Source of the DNA: Thraustochytrium aureum
Lineage: Eukaryota
Length of the DNA stretch: 64,000 nucleotides
Assembly (NCBI GenBank): GCA_012862495.1
Contig: BLSG01000375.1
Location: 124,001 to 188,000, forward strand
Direction of reading: 5' to 3'
Part shown: one piece after another, positions 59,101 to 64,000 of the stretch
Position numbering within the stretch: the stretch's first letter is position 1
How the letters are laid out: each line of letters opens with the position of its first letter
Position numbers and translations under genes: made by a program
The notes under the pieces: generated by a model
Seen by the model: the letters and a program-made list of their open reading frames with translations, nothing else
The model's database searches: none
Told to the model about the DNA's origin: nothing

Positions 59101-60297
59101 CTCTTTTCCAAGCCGCACCCACGCCGCGCGGTGCCGCGCATCCGCCACGACGAGCCGATTTTGGCGGCAGACGTGCTGGCTGTGCAGTGGCACTCGCGCC
59201 TCGCGCCACCGCTGGTTGTTCCCGGGAGGTTTTCCCGTGTCGCGGTGAGCCAGCCCGGCGTCAACGCGCCTGAGGCCGAGGCGCTGCCGGGCCAGGTGAG
59301 TTTGGTGCGCCTCGAGGCCCCTGTGGTTCGCGTGGTGGGGATGCTAGGCGTCGCCTCGGTGCGGGACATCGTTTTCGAGTCGAGCGACAAGGTCCTGGGC
59401 ACCGTGAATTGCACGTCGATCGTGCGGCCCTCGCGCGCATTCTACGTGAGCTGGGGAAGCGAGAGCGGGTCCCTGCGCCTCCACTCAATCGCGACCTCGG
59501 CGCTAAAGTATGGCCCTGTGGCCAGCTCCGACAAGGTCGTTGCCTCGTTTGAGGCCCTGCACAATGGGCGCATCACCGCCTGCGTCGTCAACGATGACGG
59601 CAAGCAGGTTTGGACCGGGGGGGAGGACGCGCTTGTTTCCGTGTGGCAGCTTCGCAAGCACAAGAACCGATCTAGCCAATGGGTTCTGGACCAGATCGAG
59701 TGCCTGACTGCGCACAAGTCGCGCGTAACTTGCCTGGCGACTTGCCAGCTTCAAGGCATTGCCGTGTCGGGAAGCAAAGACTGCACCGTGGTGCTCTGGG
59801 ACTTGGACAAGAAGCGGTTCATTCGTCGGCTTGGAGACCAGACAACGGCGATCGCGGAGGTCTCGATCAACTCGAGCAACGGCAACGTCTTGGCATTGAG
59901 CGGCCAGGAGCTGCTGTGCTGGCACGTCAATGGGACCGCCCTGGCCTCGATCAACTTTGGCACAGTGCTCCTGGGCCCGTCGTTGCGGCTCGCGGCAGTT
60001 CGCAGCGTGCTGGCCACAGGTTGTGATGACTACCACGACGGCATTGTCGCCGTGACGGGGCATGACGGTGGCGTGATCGCGTTGTGGGATCTCGAGGAGG
60101 GCGCTGGGAAGCGGGACTTTAAGCTTCGTGTGGTGCTCCGAACCGGCATCGACGCGTCCGTGACGGCTCTGGCAGTCGATGCTCTGCAGCGTCGGCTTGC
60201 CGTCGGCGACGCCTGGGGCAACATTCAGGTTTGGGCCAGCGCCGAGACCAACATCAGCATGAGCAAGACGACCGAGTTTTTCGCGCGGAACCGCTGA
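47149..60297 (+). CDS. Giant BEACH-domain protein (WDFY3/ALFY, LvsA, SPIRRIG class): ARM-like, ConA-like, PH, BEACH, WD40; start uncertain; many frameshifts; 3 gaps
   Basis: [173 protein letters not shown]. C-terminal WD40 repeats (VSGSKDCTVVLWDL). No FYVE domain seen. Confidence 0.9.
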
Positions 60298-60376
60298 CGA
60301 GACTCTGGAAAGCAAGCAGTTTGGAAAGCAAGCAGTTGTACCTTTTTTTTCTTTCAACTTTTTTTCTCTTGCGAGC

Positions 60377-60923
60377 TCAAGGGGCCGCGTTTTCGAGGCG
60401 AGCCTTGTCTGTCTTTCGGGTGGGCTGTAGGCTGTCAAAGAGGGCAAGGACAGCGCGGACCTTGTCTCGCGCCTCGGACTCGGCGAGGTGGCGGAGCTTG
60501 ATCCCCAGCATCACAAGCACGGGCTTCTTGCCGGCTGCGAGGCGCTCCATCAGCTGGCGGCCAAGCAGGCGCGAGTACATGTCTTCACGGTCGCCGAGGA
60601 CAACCTCGACATTGAACGTCTTGCCGAGCTCGTCCAAGGAGCACTCGAGCACAGTGCCAATCTTGCCCAGGTCGGAGCAGAACACGACGACGCGGTCCGA
60701 GTAATGAGTAACGATCACCTCAAGGTCGTCCTGCAAGATGCCGCCGCGGGGAAGGAAGGCGGAGCGGTCAGCGCGAGCCCAGTTGTGCGACTAGTGCGGC
60801 AGCCACGAAACTCACCTTGCGCGTGCACTGCATGGGCGGGAAACCTGGCCGCGCGTCCAGCTGGCGGGGGGTCTCGCCGACCTCGACGACCTCGGTTTCC
60901 GCCTCGCGGACGAGGGCGGCCAT
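60377..60923 (-). CDS. PSMG3: Proteasome assembly chaperone 3 (PAC3/PSMG3); 2 exons
   Basis: Exon 1 MAALVREAETEVVEVGETPRQLDARPGFPPMQCTRK | intron 60731-60815 (AAG/GTGAG...GCTGAC...TTGCAG) | DDLEVIVTHYSDRVVVFCSDLGKIGTVL...FNVEVVLGDRED...LLGRQL...KPVLVMLGIK. An alternative ATG lies at 60833. Confidence 0.8.
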
Positions 60924-60941
60924 CGCGTGTCACAGGGTGAC

Positions 60942-61338
60942 CTAGCTTGAGTCGGCGGGCGGGCGGGCGGGAAGCTCGCCTCCTGCGCCTCCGGCAGCAG
61001 CTCTCTGCGCGGCCTCTTCCGCCAGGCGCCGCTTCTCCCGCAGCGGTTTGAGGGTCTTCTCGTCGTTCTTGTACACCCAGCTAATCGTGCGGGCGTTCGT
61101 CAGCGCGCCGCACGCAGGTCAGCCAGCCAGCCAGCCAGCTGCAGGTCAGCGTCGCGGGCATGAACCGCCCGAGATGCCCGGCCCGCGCGCACGCCAGGCG
61201 CACGCACCGACAGGGGCCAGGCGGCCCGCCGCCGCTCGCGCGCGCGCTGCTGGCCCTCTCTAGCACTTACAGTCCGAAGCAGAGCGCCGCTGGCAGGCCG
61301 AGGATCAGGGCGTCCGTCTTGCGCATGCCGCGCTGCAT
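60942..61338 (-). CDS. Small spliced single-TM protein (~68 aa), or the 3' exons of the upstream EF-hand gene
   Basis: MQRGMRKTDALILGLPAALCFGL | intron 61081-61270 (GTAAGT...GCTGAC...TTAG) | WVYKNDEKTLKPLREKRRLAEEAAQRAAAGGAGGELPARPPADSS*. Splicing removes an in-frame stop and yields a coherent TM segment plus a charged tail. Confidence 0.55.
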
Positions 61339-61735
61339 GGAGCGAGCAAAATTCAGGCGTGCACGGGCCGAGCGGGCCGGAAGGCGGCGGTCGCGGCGCC
61401 GGCGGTCGAGCTGGAGTGGCGCGAGGCGGGCGAGCCGAAGAGCTGCTCGAGGGAGAGTTTCTGCAGCGNNNNNNNNNNNNNNNNNNNNNNNNNNNNNNNN
61501 NNNNNNNNNNNNNNNNNNNNNNNNNNNNNNNNNNNNNNNNNNNNNNNNNNNNNNNNNNNNNNNNNNNNNNNNNNNNNNNNNNNNNNNNNNNNNNNNNNNN
61601 NNNNNNNNNNNNNNNNNNNNNNNNNNNNNNNNNNNNNNNNNNNNNNNNNNNNNNNNNNNNNNNNNNNNNNNNNNNNNNNNNNNNNNNNNNNNNNNNNNNN
61701 NNNNNNNNNNNNNNNNNNNNNNNNNNNNNNNNNNN

Positions 61736-62473
61736 TGCTGCTGCTGCTGCTCGCGCTTGTGCTCCCGGCGTTGGCCCTGTGGGTACTGGTGGTGCTGTCG
61801 CCGCGTGGGGTTGCTGGGGCGAGCAGATAATGCTGAGGAACTCTTCAAAGCCAATCTCGCCGGAGCCGTCCTGGTCCACGCCGGCGACGAGCGCGTCCAC
61901 CTCCCGCGTCGTTCTGCAGAGGCCAATCGTGAGCAAAGGGTCGACCAGCTCCGCGGTGCTGATCTCGCCCGACTTGTCCAGGTCCAGCAGCGAAAACCAC
62001 TCGAAGAGGTCCATGCGGCGCCTCTGGAGCGCGTCGATCTCGGCATGCAGGCTTGGCTTGCGCTGGGACAGCCACTTGTACCACTCCTTCTTGAGCTGTC
62101 GGCGTGACAAGTACCTCAAGTTTTCCCTCGACGCGAGGAACTCGCTCTCCATCGAGCCCCACTGTTGCAGGATCCGCGACAGCTCCGAGCCGTTGCTTGC
62201 CGAGGCTGCTTGATTCTCGCTGTATCTCGACCGCCGGAGCCTTGTCGAAGAAAGTTCACGGCTGACAGAGTACTGCTCTCCGCGTTCAAACCTGACTGCA
62301 GCTTTTTCTCGGCGTGCGGCTCGCAACTGGGTCTCATATCTCAAGGGTGCATTGCTGCGGGCTGCCCTTTCAGCCCTCGACCGCAGCACCAGATCCTTGA
62401 AGGAGCCTGTCTTGCTCTCCGCGCTTGGTCCAACTCCCGCGGGTTGTTTGGTCTCCGTCGGTGGTTGGCTCAT
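61736..62473 (-). CDS. EF-hand calcium-binding protein; 3' end in gap
   Basis: Two canonical EF loops: LDLDKSGEISTAEL and VDQDGSGEIGFEEF. Confidence 0.8.
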
Positions 62474-63175
62474 TGGAACCCAGGGCTAACTCGCGTGGAG
62501 GCGCAAATTCAACACCTTCACGGAGGGGCGCGAGCGGGGCCCACTCTTCGGGCGGGCCCGCCAACCTGCAGACCAGCGAGTCCCGCTATCTCGCCGCGAT
62601 TGCCTCTCGATGTCGCCCTGCCCGCACGAGACGCTTGGGCCGGCCGCAGACCCACGACTTGATGACCTGATTTCGCTCGGCGGGATTCCTGCTTGCCTGC
62701 GCCGCCGCGTGCTGCGCGCCGGAGGCTGTCACTTCGCCTCGGCTTCTGGCGCGTTCGGCTCGTCCCGTTTTCTGTCGGAGCCGGCCCCTAGCCTCGCGAG
62801 GCGCGGCACAACGGCACGCCTGAGCAGTCGTCTGCGGTCTTGTCGTGGTCCTCGCCACGCAGTGCGCTGGTGGGGGCTCTGAGCCGGCGCTGCCGAGCCT
62901 GTATCGACCTTGTCGTGCAGCTCGCGAGGCCCTCGCGAGGCCGGCCTTCGTGTGGCTGTATCCCTGCCGAGCAGCAAGCAGCCGAGCGCCGAGGAATTGG
63001 GTCCGCGCGACCCCTGAACGGACGCAACGGATAAGTGCGAGCGCGAGAACATCCGATATCGCCGGCGCGCGGCCGTAGCTGGTGATTCGGGAGCAGCGCT
63101 GTCGCCGTTTGTTTCTCCGGCGCGGGGTTGCCGTCCACGCGCAAGCCCAAAAGAGCGACCGATTGGCGCGGGCGG

Positions 63176-63920
63176 ATGCGGCAGCAGAACGAAATCCAGA
63201 GCCGGAAGCGCGCTCTCTCCATTGGAGAAAGCTTTCTGGGCGCTGCAGCGGGCGAGCGCCGAAGGATCGGCCAGGATGACGCTGCTGCCAAAGCTGTCGG
63301 TGGCCGTCGAGGACGACCTCGAGGCGCTGGCGCTTCCTGGACTCTCGAGGTTCAGCTTCTTCGAGGGCAAGCTGGTCAGCGACGACTCGGGTGGAGACGA
63401 CTTGGGCCGTCCGGCTGCAGCCAAGCTCGGCAATCAGGAGGAAGCTGGCGACGCGGTGCAGTCTGCGCGACAATCACTAGCGGCGGTGTCCACGGGCGGG
63501 GCAGAGCTCGAGCTGACCCACGTGCTGGAGAGGATCCGCAAGGTCGTGCGGCGCACCGACGAGCGACGCTCCAGTCGCATCGAGAGGATTAAGCAAGCCG
63601 AGCTGCAGCGCGAGGCGAGCAGGCGGCGGGCGCGGCCCGAATTTCTGGAGGCCGCGCACGTCGGGCGGCCCGTGGCGTCTTTTGGATTCGCCTCGGCTAG
63701 TGCGGCTTCCTCAGCGTGCGCCACGGCAGCTTACTCGCGCGCCACCACCCTCCGCGGCATGGACCCGCGGCTTGGCCCGGAGCACTTTATCGAGATGCTG
63801 GAGCGACAAGACCAAGAGGTCGACGAGCGGTCGCTCAAAGCAACGCGAGTGGTGGCATCACAGGGGATTGTGCACAGACAAGGCCCTCTTTGTCGCCGCG
63901 CTGTGCGGCGCATTGGGTAG
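63176..63920 (+). CDS. Hypothetical protein; start uncertain; probable frameshift near 63225
   Basis: Protein-like frame (LELTHVLERIRKVVRRTDERRSSRIERIKQAELQRE; PEHFIEMLERQDQEVDERSLK). No family recognised. Confidence 0.4.
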
Positions 63921-64000
63921 ACGCGCGCGGCCGCCCCGTCCCGATTGCTGTTGCCGCGTCGCTCGCGCAGAAGAGGTGGGCGGCCGCCCCATCCTGCTCG

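Noticed and set aside
1..64000. Hundreds of overlapping or antisense ORFs in the six-frame track, including long ORFs running through N gaps
   Set aside because: These are shadow ORFs expected in high-GC DNA (R/A/P/G-rich), or artefacts of N runs that lack stop codons.

Overview
GC-rich, gene-dense, intron-poor eukaryotic nuclear DNA from a gapped draft scaffold with about 20 N-gaps. POC1 and BBS10 imply a flagellated stage; a stramenopile such as a labyrinthulomycete/thraustochytrid is my guess, not a demonstrated assignment. Recognisable genes in order: fused bacterial-type anthranilate synthase TrpE(G), BUD23, a Rid-family protein, a degenerate PI-PLC, a jacalin + novel-repeat protein, an RPAP2-like fragment, a GUP1/HHAT MBOAT, a NIPA-type transporter next to tandem EDR2-C (DUF1336) domains, an SH3-PX-SH3-FKBP-villin headpiece protein, a Ser/Lys-rich protein, POC1, PP2C, RFC3/5 head-to-head with ORC1, a twin-CX9C microprotein 1 bp upstream of BBS10, a 2Fe-2S ferredoxin, a ~13 kb WDFY3/LvsA-like BEACH gene, PAC3, a small spliced membrane ORF and an EF-hand protein. 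Many CDSs carry single-base frameshifts, mostly at short homopolymers, which are most likely sequencing errors. I found no rRNA, tRNA, CRISPR array or mobile element. The best novelty candidates are possible bicistronic small-ORF + conserved-gene loci and several unusual domain architectures. All family calls come from motif recognition by eye; no database search was run.
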